Part shown: positions 7,597 through 18,457 of the stretch, piece after piece | Position numbering within the stretch: position 1 is the stretch's first letter | How the letters are laid out: each line of letters begins with the position of its first letter | Assembly: GCA_963769935.1 (NCBI GenBank) | Contig: CAVYNY010000004.1 | Coordinates: 1-64,000 of the forward strand | From: an uncultured delta proteobacterium | GTDB lineage: Bacteria > Desulfobacterota > Desulfobacteria > Desulfobacterales > JAFDCJ01 | Reading direction: 5' to 3' | Length of the DNA stretch: 64,000 nucleotides | The notes under the pieces: generated by a model | Database searches by the model: none | Told to the model about the DNA's origin: nothing | What the model saw: only the letters and a program-made list of their open reading frames with translations | Made by a program: the position numbers and the translations under genes

Positions 7597-8789
7597 CTAA
7601 ATTGAATTTTTGTTTTTCATTAATAATATGGTTATATACCGTAAAGGTTTGTCTGCGCGATTGAAGGCCAGCTGATCTCAGCGGCCACCTTTTCTGCATC
7701 TGCAGCCATGGCTGCCAGCCGACTCTGATCGGTCAGACAATCAATGATTCTGCGGGCCAATATGTTCGGGTTTCCCGGTGGTACGACATATTCTGAATTT
7801 TTCACTAAATCCGGTAGTCCCCCCACTTCAGTTACAATCAGTGGCTTGCGAAATGATACGGCCGTGCTGCCAATACCGCTTTGACTGTCAAAACGGTGGT
7901 AGGGTAAAATTACGAGATCGGCCGCTTCAAAATATCTATAGACTTCACCGGACGGTATATATTCCAGAAATGTCTTTACAGCACCGGAAATTCCCAGTTC
8001 ATTGATTCGCTGCTGATACGGCTCCCACTTCTGCCATAATTTCCCGGCAATCAATAAGAGGCTGTCCGGAATCTCCTTTAAGATCGTCGGAAAGGCTTCG
8101 ATAGCGGTAGTAACCCCCTTATATGGCCGAATCGCGCCAAACAGGAGAACGACTTTCTGATTGGGAGCTATTTCTAATTCTTCACGTATTTTATTTCGGT
8201 CGCATTGATTGCGAACTTGAAAATCCAGGCTCCCATGGGGAATTACGCTAATGGTCTCGCTGCTGATTGCATAGCGGGATATCAGCTGCTGACGGTTATT
8301 TTCCGTATGTACGATGAAATGATTGCCCAGCATGAATAACAGCTTCGAAGCTTTTTCATAAAGACGCGAGCCGTCGTGACTATAAACGTTGTGTATTGTG
8401 AATACTACCGGTTTGCCTCGAAGCTTGAATATGCCGCATACACACAAATAGACAAGCACCAGCGGCAAACTCCACCATTGCGCGTGAAGCAAATCAGCCT
8501 TGATCAGGAATGCTTCAGCTATCCAGGTCAAAGGGTTATACCAGGTCAATCGTCGTCTAATTCTTAAATCTCTGGTATTGGTGGTTGGAAATGAATGATC
8601 TTCCTTTAAATCGCCACCCGGATAAAGAAAGCCTGGATAGATCTTTTTAAAGGAGATGAATTCAACATCTACCAGCCTGGCTAAGGCTGAAGCTATTTCC
8701 AGACAGTAGCTGCTGAGACCCCTAAGCGGTGGAAAGGACCCCAGCATGGCTATTTTTTTGATTTTCAACTGTTGTTGATTTCGGCTCAA
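7597..8789 (-). CDS. GT4 family glycosyltransferase (probable indel near the 3' end; track stop at 7632)
   Basis: FGAIRPYKG, ADLVILPY and VGGLPDLV motifs. Removing one base near 7652 gives a typical ending IARQTFTVYNHII...*. Confidence 0.9.
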
Positions 8790-9186
8790 TCTGATAATAG
8801 ATCCGTCCCAAATCGGCTAATCCTACGGCATTAAATTCAGCACCAAATGAACACATACTATGCGCAAGATGAATGTAAATCATTTTAGTGGGATTGTGCT
8901 GACTTTTTCTGATTAATAAGCCGACGTTTTGCAAACGGAAGTAAATAAGTATACGAAGAGCTTATCGGCTGAAAATAAATAAAACTTGATAAATTCATAA
9001 AAGTTCTATTTTGTTTTTTGTTTGATGTTTAGCATTATATCTTTTTAAAAGATCATCAATTCTAAATCACCGACACCAAAAACTTTTAAACCAATTATAT
9101 CATATTTATCATTTAATAGCTTTTTTCAGTCTTCAAAAGACCTACAACCCAGGATGAGATAGTCGTCAAGGGCGGATAAATTACAA

Positions 9187-10557
9187 TTAAAAATAATAGT
9201 TCAACCAAATATAAGCGTTATCGGGTGACTGGGTGCGAATGTCGGTGCCGGGAAGGGTAAAGCCACCGAATTCAGTGCCCTCGGCCCCGTATGATATATT
9301 GACCCCCGCGGTCAATTGCAGGTTTTGGGTGATATCCCAGGTGGCATAGGGTTGGAGTATCCCCGATGGGTCGGCGACATTATTGATGGCGGTAAAATTT
9401 ATCTTGAACAGCGGATGCAACTCCACTTGGATGTGACCGCTTAAATAATTGCGACCCAGCACATATAAATCACCCCGCTCCACCTGTTGGACAATCGCCG
9501 GATCCTGCACGGCATTTTGATAATCGTCTTCACCGAGACCGTTAAAATAATACTCGATGAATCCATAAAAATTTTTATCAAACCAGACCCACGAATAGTC
9601 CATGTTTGCCACCAGGGAAAGATAATCGTTGCCAATCTGCGGAAACGTCCAGGTGGCGTCAAGGCGCCAGGCCGCATCAGCGAGGTTTCCCCGGCTGCCG
9701 ATGCCCATCACATAGTCTTCGTAGTTCCTGGCAGCCATGATATCGAATTCGGTGGTGCCTGCGGCAACGTGCAGCTTTCCGGCCAGAGATGATTGATCCG
9801 CTGCCACGCTATGGGTATCCGGATTGCGCCTCACCACGTAAAGCCCCTGCAAATCGCCGCTTTTTGGCAATGAAAGTTGAACATTGACCATGTCATCGCC
9901 GACTTTATAGTCACGGTCGATCTCAGTCGGTGGAAAAGGATTAAACAAATCAAAGGGATTGAAAATAAACCCATTACCCCAGGTAATGGCCTGCCGGCCG
10001 ATCTTAATCGAACCCCATTGCGGCACCAACGCCAGGTATAAACGATCCAGCCGCTGCTCCAAAAAGTAGCTGTCCTTATCAACGATGGTGTCGGTTAAAT
10101 CCATCAGCCGGCGATCATCATTCAGAGGCGTATCCCCAAAATAGAAATTGGCGGGCAGATTGGGAAATAATTCATTCAACTCCTTTATTTTCCGGACGGC
10201 ATCGCCGCCGGCGCCGATTAGCTCATACGCGATATCGGTGTAAACCGAATCCGTAAAAAAAGTTTCGTTGATGAGCCTGAAATTGAAGCTTCCGTCCCAA
10301 TAGGTTCCGGTCCCCACCGGAGCGAATATGGTGTCATTATCTACCCGCAAGGCTCGGCCGGTTGTCCTGAGACGCCCCCCGAAGTGAGTATCGATATTTT
10401 CCCAAAACGGATTAATTTCCGACATATCAGAAGGGGAGGGGACTGAGTTGGCTGCCAATTGCGCTTGAGCAAAAACCGGCCTAAATGGGAAACCGATGAT
10501 CGCAACCATGATTAAAAAAGTGAAAAATATTTTTCGATTCCAGTAACCGGGACCCAT
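9187..10557 (-). CDS. Putative outer-membrane beta-barrel protein linked to the LolA-like/ABC cassette
   Basis: Signal peptide; GRQAITWGNG...NPFD motif; C-terminal aromatic signature (IWLNYYF). Confidence 0.75.
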   Translation of the reverse strand: MGPGYWNRKIFFTFLIMVAIIGFPFRPVFAQAQLAANSVPSPSDMSEINPFWENIDTHFGGRLRTTGRALRVDNDTIFAPVGTGTYWDGSFNFRLINETFFTDSVYTDIAYELIGAGGDAVRKIKELNELFPNLPANFYFGDTPLNDDRRLMDLTDTIVDKDSYFLEQRLDRLYLALVPQWGSIKIGRQAITWGNGFIFNPFDLFNPFPPTEIDRDYKVGDDMVNVQLSLPKSGDLQGLYVVRRNPDTHSVAADQSSLAGKLHVAAGTTEFDIMAARNYEDYVMGIGSRGNLADAAWRLDATWTFPQIGNDYLSLVANMDYSWVWFDKNFYGFIEYYFNGLGEDDYQNAVQDPAIVQQVERGDLYVLGRNYLSGHIQVELHPLFKINFTAINNVADPSGILQPYATWDITQNLQLTAGVNISYGAEGTEFGGFTLPGTDIRTQSPDNAYIWLNYYF

Positions 10558-10718
10558 ACAGTTTGCCAGATGCGTAATGTCGGTTGTTAGGGGTATGTTT
10601 TCCGTTGCTACGAATGGAATTGAATCCTTAATTCAAATGAAAGATATTTTTATCACGAAAGCACGAAAGAACGAAAACACGAAACAAGAAAGACTGTAAC
10701 AAATTAGCTGTTGAAATA

Positions 10719-10821
10719 AGCCACAAATTAACCCGAATTTTCACGAAAGTGATTTTCATTATAAGTGAGCCTGATTTCGCCTATAGCCTTAATTCGTGAA
10801 TATTCGTGTCAATTCGTGGCT
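10719..10821. repeat. Miniature element with inverted periodic arms (AGCCAC...ATTCGTG x3 GCT)
   Basis: AGCCACAAATTAACCCGAATTTTCACGAA ... AATTCGTGAATATTCGTGTCAATTCGTGGCT; an ACGAAA 8-mer tract precedes it at ~10653-10684. Confidence 0.7.
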
Positions 10822-10851
10822 AACTAATTTTCAAAAACGATCAGCATCAAC

Positions 10852-10908
10852 CAACTCAATAAACCCAATAAACTCAATCAACGCAGTCAACACAACAAAC
10901 ACAATAAA
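10852..10908. repeat. 9-nt periodic tract AACTCAAT-like x~6
   Basis: CAACTCAAT AAACCCAAT AAACTCAAT CAACGCAGT CAACACAAC AAACACAAT. Confidence 0.8.
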
Positions 10909-10914
10909 TTTAGT

Positions 10915-11598
10915 TTACTTAATTCGATCGTCCTCTATCCTGCCGTCCCGGATCATTATGAGCCGCCGGGCATAATCCATCACCATTTTGTCGTGGGTTG
11001 AAAAAATGAATGTCACTTCTTTTTCCCGGTTCATTTGCTTCATCATTGCCAGCAGGCCTTCGCCGGTCGTAGAATCCAAGTTGGCCGTCGGCTCATCCGC
11101 CAGCACAATGGACGGATTGGAAACGATCGCTCTGGCCACGGCCACCCGCTGCTGCTGTCCCCCGGACAATTCGGCCGGCCGCCGGTTATATTTGTCAGAT
11201 AGACCCACATCATCCAATATCGCCTTGGCTCTGGCGCGGCGCTCTGCGGCGGGAATGCCCTGAAGCAGCATGATAAACTCGACATTCTCGGCTGCCGATA
11301 AAACCGGAATTAGATTGTAGGCTTGAAATACAAACCCCATCTTGTGCAGTCTCAAAACGGCCAGCTGAGCTTGAGACATCTGCTCAAACACATTGCCGTC
11401 CAGCACAATACTGCCCGAATCGACCGAATCCAATCCGCCGATCAGATTTAACAATGTGGTTTTTCCGGAGCCGGATGGTCCGGCAACGGCCACAAAATCA
11501 CCTTTATTGATTGAAAGGTTGATATCCTTGAGTGCTTGAACTTCTACCTGCCCCTGGCGGTATGTTTTATTGACGTTGTGACATTCAACGATCGTCAT
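10915..11598 (-). CDS. ABC transporter ATP-binding protein (LolD/MacB-like)
   Basis: GPSGSGKTT, LSGGQQQRV and ADEPTANLD. GGAG precedes ATG 11598. Confidence 0.95.
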   Translation of the reverse strand: MTIVECHNVNKTYRQGQVEVQALKDINLSINKGDFVAVAGPSGSGKTTLLNLIGGLDSVDSGSIVLDGNVFEQMSQAQLAVLRLHKMGFVFQAYNLIPVLSAAENVEFIMLLQGIPAAERRARAKAILDDVGLSDKYNRRPAELSGGQQQRVAVARAIVSNPSIVLADEPTANLDSTTGEGLLAMMKQMNREKEVTFIFSTHDKMVMDYARRLIMIRDGRIEDDRIK

Positions 11599-11732
11599 TT
11601 TTACTCCTATTCCAGATATCGTATTAATCGCGGTTGAAAACCGCTCCCACACTCCACCATCGCGGCATTGCATTGTTGCCCGTGGCGGAAATCATAAACC
11701 CTGAACCTCTGAACATTGAACCTCTCAACCCA

Positions 11733-12956
11733 TCAGGTATGCGCCAGCGCTTCCACCGGTGTGAATCGTGCTGCTTTTACCGCCGGATAGATGCTCACCA
11801 GCAACCCCAGAAGCATTACCACCAGGTTGGCAATCAAAAAATCCTTAAAATCAAGGGCCGGGTAGATGACCCGCGTCATGCCGGCATATTCTGCTCCGGC
11901 GGCCAGAGCTGAAAGATCGATACCGCTGCGGGACAATCCATAAATGGACAGGAGTCCCAAAATGTTTCCAATGGCAATTCCGCAGATTAAAATTAATAAT
12001 GACTCGGTCAGGACTTCCCGCAGTATCCAGCGGGGTTTCATCCCCAATGCCTTGAGCAGGCCGAATTCGCGCATACGTTCATAAACGGCCATTAAGGTGG
12101 TGTTGACGATGCCAAAACCCATGGCAACGAACACCACCAGGTACCAAATATATAAAAATCCATCGAGGATGTTAAGGTAAGCCGTTTGAAAAGGCATCAG
12201 TTCTTTCCAGTTATAAACTTCGAATTGATCAGAGGGCAGGGCTGCTTTTAATTGCTGGTTTAATTCCGGATGGTCCGGTTTGCCGGTTAATAAAATCGCT
12301 ATTTCTGATATGCCTTTATCCAGCTTCAGCATTTTCTGGCCGGTTTGACATAAAACAAATACAAATTGATTTTCGGTGGATTCCATCTCCGCGCTAAAAA
12401 TTCCGACAATGTGAAAGGCCCGCGAGGCTATTTCCCCATTCGTGTCCTGGGACATCACCACCAGTTTGCGGCCCAGTTTGGTTTCGAATTTATCCTTCAG
12501 CGCTTCGCCGATAAGGATTCCGTTTTGATCCGCCGGGGTAAGGTAGTGTCCGCTGGAGATGGACGAGCCGATAAATGAAATTTTGGCCTCGGATATGGGA
12601 TCAATGCCGACCATGGTCACACCGGCGGAGTGATGGGCATTGCTTACGACTGCATTTACACGCACCCGGCGGCTCCAGTGGGCGTCGTTCGGCAGCAGAT
12701 CTTTTAAGACGTTCTCCACAAAGGAAGGATCGGAAATGCTGTTTTCAATGGCCGGATCATCTCGATATCCTTTGTGGTGAATCTGAAAGTCGCCGGTGAG
12801 GGTCGCAATGCCGTTATTTATCATTCCCATTGCAATACCCCGCATGAGAGCTCCCAAAAGGACCATACTCCACACACCGATTATCACAGCAGTTAAAATA
12901 ATCGCCGTACGCCGCCTATTGCGCCAGATGTTGCGCCAAGCCAGTTGGAAATACAT
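11733..12956 (-). CDS. ABC transporter permease (FtsX/LolE-like)
   Basis: LAWRNIWRNRRR, large periplasmic domain, VYERMREFGLLKALG, YPAVKAAR. Confidence 0.93.
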   Translation of the reverse strand: MYFQLAWRNIWRNRRRTAIILTAVIIGVWSMVLLGALMRGIAMGMINNGIATLTGDFQIHHKGYRDDPAIENSISDPSFVENVLKDLLPNDAHWSRRVRVNAVVSNAHHSAGVTMVGIDPISEAKISFIGSSISSGHYLTPADQNGILIGEALKDKFETKLGRKLVVMSQDTNGEIASRAFHIVGIFSAEMESTENQFVFVLCQTGQKMLKLDKGISEIAILLTGKPDHPELNQQLKAALPSDQFEVYNWKELMPFQTAYLNILDGFLYIWYLVVFVAMGFGIVNTTLMAVYERMREFGLLKALGMKPRWILREVLTESLLILICGIAIGNILGLLSIYGLSRSGIDLSALAAGAEYAGMTRVIYPALDFKDFLIANLVVMLLGLLVSIYPAVKAARFTPVEALAHT

Positions 12957-12987
12957 GATAGAAAAATGCCTAATCCGGACGAGCCGG

Positions 12988-13098
12988 AATTGAAAATTGA
13001 AGATTGCAAATTGAATATTTGTGGATGTCGCTTTGCTCCGTCTTTTTTAAAATAAAAGAATTCCTTAAATTTTCAATATTCAATCAAAAATATTCAAT
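12988..13098. repeat. Inverted 7-nt periodic arms (ATTGAA.../...TTCAAT)
   Basis: AATTGAAAATTGAAGATTGCAAATTGAATATTTGTGG ... TTTTCAATATTCAATCAAAAATATTCAAT. Confidence 0.75.
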
Positions 13099-13100
13099 CG

Positions 13101-14339
13101 TTAAACCGCCCGCATGGCCGCTACCGGTTTCATCTTCCGAACCTTCAGCGCGGGGTAAAGCGCGGCCAAAAATGTTATGATCAGCACTGCCGTCGGACCG
13201 CTTATAGCCGAAATCCATGAAAGCTTGGGATAGATGCGCCCGGTAATGCCGAACTGGCTCAAAAGTTCCGACGCACCGGAAATATCGAGGCCATGTAATT
13301 GGAAGTATATGGTAAGCAGGCTGCCGATAAAAATTCCGCCGGCAATACCGATGGCTGCCATGGTCATGGATTCGATCAGCAGCACTTTGGTCAAGCGTCC
13401 GGGCGTGGTACCAATTGCCATTAACACCCCGAACTCCTTTGTTCTTTCGAAAATTGCCATCAAAAATGTATTTAATATGCTGAATGCGACCACCAGAACC
13501 AGCAGAATATAGAAAATAAGGCCGCTGATGAGATCCATTTCGATGCTTTGGCGCAATCCCGGCATCAATTCATCCCAGTCCAGGATTACCAGGCGCTGAT
13601 CGGTGCTTAAGGAGGAGAGATCCTTCTGAATGGTTCTTTTGATGCGGTCGACATCAGATAGGGAATCGGCCACGATTACCACTTCATGCGCCATCCCGGG
13701 CATGGTGTAGACCTCCTGGAATGTCTTGAGGGGAATTTGAAGGGAGCTGCGATCAAAGTCGTCAATGCCGGAGTTAAAGATTCCCTTGACCGTAACAACA
13801 GTGGCGGCAATCGAACCGTCGCGTCCCTGTCCCAGGATCGTCAACTCATCGCCGATCTTCACGTGCAGGTTTCTGGCGAGCAGGCTGCCCACCAGGGCCT
13901 GGTTCGTATCTTCGCCGGACAAATATGCGCCCTGGCGAATCAGGGATTTCAGTCTGGAAACTCCCGCCTCCCCCTCGGGATCGATACCCGTTACCATGGC
14001 ACCGTAAGTGCGCTTTGCCGAGGATACCAGCGAGAAGGTCTGTGCCCGATAGGTGTAGGAAGCAATCTGGGGAATGTTTTCAAGAACAGCAGCTATTTTA
14101 TTAAGATCTGAGACAACATACCGGATATTTCGTTTTTTGCGGTATTCAGCGGCCTGGATTTGCAGATGTCCGGTGTGAATCTTGACCGAAGTATTGATCA
14201 TCGTCTCATAGCTGCCGAATTGAAACGACAGCATAAAAACCAGAAGCAGACTGGCAAAGGCAATGGCGCTGATCGTCAGTATGGTGCGCCGCGTGTTGCG
14301 CCAAATATTGCGCCAGGCCATTTTGGCATCAATCGACAA
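13101..14339 (-). CDS. ABC transporter permease (FtsX/LolC-like)
   Basis: AWRNIWRNTRR, IFERTKEFGVLMAIG, YPALK. Confidence 0.93.
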   Translation of the reverse strand: MSIDAKMAWRNIWRNTRRTILTISAIAFASLLLVFMLSFQFGSYETMINTSVKIHTGHLQIQAAEYRKKRNIRYVVSDLNKIAAVLENIPQIASYTYRAQTFSLVSSAKRTYGAMVTGIDPEGEAGVSRLKSLIRQGAYLSGEDTNQALVGSLLARNLHVKIGDELTILGQGRDGSIAATVVTVKGIFNSGIDDFDRSSLQIPLKTFQEVYTMPGMAHEVVIVADSLSDVDRIKRTIQKDLSSLSTDQRLVILDWDELMPGLRQSIEMDLISGLIFYILLVLVVAFSILNTFLMAIFERTKEFGVLMAIGTTPGRLTKVLLIESMTMAAIGIAGGIFIGSLLTIYFQLHGLDISGASELLSQFGITGRIYPKLSWISAISGPTAVLIITFLAALYPALKVRKMKPVAAMRAV

Positions 14340-14343
14340 CGCC

Positions 14344-15105
14344 CTACCTCCTGGCTTTTCGCAGGTTGGTCTGGGAAAAAAAGCTGTCGGGCAAGGTCGG
14401 TCTAAAATCCAGTGAAGTATAGGTCAATTCGGTATACTTATCAGTTTCATCAACCTCACGCATGCGCCAGACTTTAGGGTACAATTTTCCGCCCAACATC
14501 TGAATTTCAAGGGTCGTCATGACTTTTACAGGTTGGAGGTCTTCATCATAAAATTCTTCACTCAACCAGATCAGATCCTCCCGGATTTTGAGTTTTTGCA
14601 TTCCCCAAACCACCGGGGCATTCGGTTTCGGCATTGATTTGATCAGGTATACCCGTTTGCCTTCATGGGTCTCGGTGCCGACAATTGAATGCGTATAATC
14701 AGTGAGCAGACTATCGCTTTTGGCCAGATCGTTATTGGAAAAATCCGAGCCCATCCAAGACTGGGACATCATTGACGGCGGCACTTTGATTATGCGGTTG
14801 ATCTTGGGATTATACATCCACATTTCTTGTCCGCGCTTGAGCGTGCCGTTGCCATGGTCTTTAGGCGGAGAATCGATGTAAAATAAACTGTCCTTTTGCC
14901 CCCGGGTCCAGGCTTTGATCGTCATTTCTCTTTCCCAGTTGGGGCGATGAATGGTCATGACCACCGTTGCGACGGAGGATTTGCCTCGCATGTAATTGAA
15001 ACTGTCTGCCACCAGAGATTCAGCCTCGGTTGCCTGAACAGCCGGAAGCTGCTGTAAAAATAGAGTTAATGCCAAGCAGGATATGGCCGCCGTGTGTTTA
15101 ATCAT
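14344..15105 (-). CDS. Outer-membrane lipoprotein-sorting (LolA-like) protein
   Basis: Signal peptide; PPKDHGNGTLK, MWMYNP and SWMGSDFSNNDL motifs. Confidence 0.9.
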   Translation of the reverse strand: MIKHTAAISCLALTLFLQQLPAVQATEAESLVADSFNYMRGKSSVATVVMTIHRPNWEREMTIKAWTRGQKDSLFYIDSPPKDHGNGTLKRGQEMWMYNPKINRIIKVPPSMMSQSWMGSDFSNNDLAKSDSLLTDYTHSIVGTETHEGKRVYLIKSMPKPNAPVVWGMQKLKIREDLIWLSEEFYDEDLQPVKVMTTLEIQMLGGKLYPKVWRMREVDETDKYTELTYTSLDFRPTLPDSFFSQTNLRKARR

Positions 15106-15229
15106 CTCAAAACTCCGGGGTAATTGACGCGCGATTGCCTTTTTTTTGTGAAATCCCCTAATGATAACTTTAAAAACCTATTGCTCGTCCTTGCCGGATC
15201 AAAGTCATCATCAAAACATGATTCCCGCA

Positions 15230-15952
15230 CTATGGCTTTTCAGCAAGACAAAAAATGGAAAGTCCGGCGAATCGATTGAAGGGAAACAAAAGGATTCTTT
15301 CGCAATCATGAATATAAGTTAAAGTTCGGTTGATCAAGGGCGGATATTGCCGCAAAGCGCTGCGGGCATCGTGAATCCCATGTTCACTCTGCCAACGACT
15401 TGCCAGGCGCATGAGGAAAACAACCGGAAACAATGCACCAAAGAAAAAGCGGCTGCGAATGATTGCAAGACCGGCTGCCCGCAGATGGCTTTCGATTGAA
15501 CACAACGTGTAGCGCCGTCGATGGCCGAGAAACACGTCATGCCCGGACCAAAGAAAGTCAAAAGCAGGCACGGTGACCAAAACTTTGCCACCAGAGGGCA
15601 TCAATTTCAGGTAGTGCCTGACTAAGCGCACATCATCTTCGACATGCTCCAGCACATCCATCATCAGGACCAGCGATTGAGTGACTCTGTCAACAGACCG
15701 GACAAATCGAATGGAGTGATCGTGGTATAATTCCACTCGCTCGCATGGGTAGGCCGGATCAAGACAGACGGCCTGTTCACATTTGCCGGCCCGGATCATC
15801 ATTTTTGAAAATACCCCTGAGCCGGCGCCAATGTCCAAGATATCGGTTAATGCGATTGGCTTCAAAATGTCAAGCAGGGCTTTAAACTTGGATCTGTAAT
15901 ACCAGTGATTGGGGGCGTCGTCTCCTAAAATTCTTTCTTCTTTGACATCCAT
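15230..15952 (-). CDS. Class I SAM-dependent methyltransferase
   Basis: ILDIGAGSG, DVLEHVEDD, TVPAF..LWSGHD..GHRRRY. Confidence 0.92.
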   Translation of the reverse strand: MDVKEERILGDDAPNHWYYRSKFKALLDILKPIALTDILDIGAGSGVFSKMMIRAGKCEQAVCLDPAYPCERVELYHDHSIRFVRSVDRVTQSLVLMMDVLEHVEDDVRLVRHYLKLMPSGGKVLVTVPAFDFLWSGHDVFLGHRRRYTLCSIESHLRAAGLAIIRSRFFFGALFPVVFLMRLASRWQSEHGIHDARSALRQYPPLINRTLTYIHDCERILLFPFNRFAGLSIFCLAEKP

Positions 15953-15955
15953 GGA

Positions 15956-16933
15956 TTAAACTTCAGAGAGGTCGGGCTGGTTTTTAGAATTGGTATCATC
16001 CGGTTGCATCCCGATCGTTTGCTTGATCAAGTAAAGGGGACGCCGTTTGACTTCCGTAAAGATGCGACCAACGTATTCCCCCAAAATGCCAAGCCCGATC
16101 ATGTTGAGTCCGCTGAAAAAGAGCAGGAATACCAGCGTAGATGCGTAACCCGGCACATCGACGCCCATGATGAGTACCTTGAAAACAATAAAAGCCATAT
16201 AAAAAGCCGCACCACAGGCAACTACCAGGCCCAGGTAGGTCCATATTCTCAGGGGCAGGGTTGAAAACGAGAAGATGCCGTCCAATGCAAAATTCCACAG
16301 CTTCCAATAGTGCCATTTGGACGCCCCGGTGTTGCGGGTGTCTCTGATGTAACCCACCCGGATTTGCTCATACCCGAGCCAGGCAAATAAGCCTTTCATG
16401 AACCGGGTTCTTTCGGGCAGCTGTCTCAGTGCATCGACGACCTGGCGATCCATCAGTCTGAAATCACCGACATTGACCGGTATCGATATGTCACTCAGCT
16501 TTTGGTTTAAACGGTAAAAAAGACCGGCTGTGAACCTTTTTAGGAAATTTTCAGCGCGGCGGTCAGTGCGTTCACAAAGGACGACCCTATATCCCTGGCG
16601 CCATTTTTCAACCAGTTGGGGGATCAGTTCGGGCGGGTCCTGAAGATCGGCATCGATGGGGATGACGGCTTCCCCTCGGGAAAGATACAGCCCGGCTGAC
16701 AGAGCAGCCTCCTTGCCGAAATTGCGACTCAAATCAATCGCTTTAATACGTTGGTTGGCCCGGTGTCGATCCTTGAGAAGTTCCAGGGTTTGATCATTGC
16801 TGCCGTCGTTGACACAAATAACTTCATAGCTGTCGGTGACTTGCTCAACTGCCGGGATAAGCGCTGCAAAGAAGGGCTCTATATTGGCGGCCTCGTTGAA
16901 CATCGGGACCACGATGCTGAGCTTTATTGTCAT
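15956..16933 (-). CDS. GT2 polyprenol-phosphate glycosyltransferase (GtrB-like)
   Basis: VNDGSND, SRNFGKEAA, DADLQDPP, two C-terminal TM helices, GEYVGRI. Confidence 0.93.
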   Translation of the reverse strand: MTIKLSIVVPMFNEAANIEPFFAALIPAVEQVTDSYEVICVNDGSNDQTLELLKDRHRANQRIKAIDLSRNFGKEAALSAGLYLSRGEAVIPIDADLQDPPELIPQLVEKWRQGYRVVLCERTDRRAENFLKRFTAGLFYRLNQKLSDISIPVNVGDFRLMDRQVVDALRQLPERTRFMKGLFAWLGYEQIRVGYIRDTRNTGASKWHYWKLWNFALDGIFSFSTLPLRIWTYLGLVVACGAAFYMAFIVFKVLIMGVDVPGYASTLVFLLFFSGLNMIGLGILGEYVGRIFTEVKRRPLYLIKQTIGMQPDDTNSKNQPDLSEV

Positions 16934-18292
16934 CGGCTATTCCTCAGTGGAATTTTATTCTCGATCCGGACAAGCAGTTTCTTAGCAGCACAATTAATTT
17001 GCCATAACCCGAACATGGCGCAAAGATACATTAAGGGACGCAGCGGGATAGAGTATCGCGGCTCGGATTGCAGAACAACGTAGACCGCAGATACATAGAT
17101 TGCACAGACATAGATTATCTTTATCATCTGACCGCTTTGGCTATGCCGATGCTGATACAAAAATATTCCCCCCAACAGACCTACAAAAAACAACCACCAG
17201 TGGATTGACTTCATGATTGCATAAATTGTTGATGCAACTCCGGATGTTTGAAACCAAGATGTTGTTACCGGATAGATATAGATGTCTCCGGCACCGACTA
17301 AAATATTCCAACTCCATAGCAGCTTAGGTTTTTCATAAATATACCAATGGGCATAATGTCCTGGATTGTCTAAAATTCTTCGGCTGAGGATGGTTAGAAA
17401 TTTTGACCAGGAACCCTTTATCTTCCTTTTATCAATTTCAGCTGGATTCGCGGGATCTCGCGGGTCAGCGCGCCAAATTTCAAAAAAATCGTGATGAGCG
17501 CCAATAATAAAATTAATTAAGGCTCTGTTCGAACTGGACGAGGAACTGGCGGGGACATTCAGATAGCATCTGACGGACCAAACAAGCCACGGAACCATGA
17601 ATGCAACAAGAAACAACAATATTATCTTTTTTTTCCGATTGCCTAAAGAAAATCCATCCATGTCACTTCTGAAAAAAAATAGCCCCGCAAACAGGAGGGG
17701 TGCAAAGAAAATTACCGGATTTACAAGATAGGCCACTCCGGCAATGGCACCGGCCGAGATGAAAAACACACTTTTTTTAGTTTTAATTGCGATCATATAG
17801 ATGAGCAGAAATAGAGCCAGGGTAAACGCAAAAAGTGTTTCGGTCAAAAGATAGCCGCCGATACTAATTAGATGGGGGCTGCAAGCAGTCAGAACGCCAG
17901 CCGCAGCAGCTGCCCAGAGCGGCAAAAAAAATGAGCCAATTACGACGACCATTCCGGCCGTCAGCGCGCCAAGTAATGCTTGCACGAATAAAGCTATCGG
18001 ATAAAAGTGTTTGGTACCGAATGAGTAAAGGATAGATGCATAGCAGAGTCGGGTAGCCCGGGGGCCAAAATGAATCCGGGGTGGGATTTTCTGATACTTC
18101 CTTTGAAAAAATGCCGTGATTGACCAAATTCTGGGCGTAAATACAATAATTTCGTGCATCTGCTCGGATCGGCACATAAACTTCGGTTCGGCTAACGTAG
18201 GTGATCCTCAATACCAAAGCGACGCAAATAATTATTGAGGCTATCAGGATCGTACTGTGCCGGGTATTATTCTCTGTCTTTTGTATGAGCAT
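16930..18292 (-). CDS. GT-C fold (ArnT/PMT-like) membrane glycosyltransferase, split by an indel near 18040
   Basis: N-part ADARNY...PPGYP (ORF 17864-18313) joins the multi-TM part with LLTETLF and EPRYSIP (ORF 16930-18177). Confidence 0.8.
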
Positions 18293-18457
18293 TTTGCCTG
18301 GTATGACTTCCAAATAATTAAATTACTTTTACTATATCATGAAAATTCACAAAAGTCTTGTTGCCTAAGTAATCTCTATCATATATAAAAACGGGATTAT
18401 TGAATGGCGGCCAAATGACTAATTTAATCTTGATATTTTGATCAAAAGAAGCCTGAC

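Noticed and set aside
11599..11673. Extended N-terminus of the ABC ATPase
   Set aside because: GGAG-preceded ATG 11598 gives a normal-length LolD-like protein.
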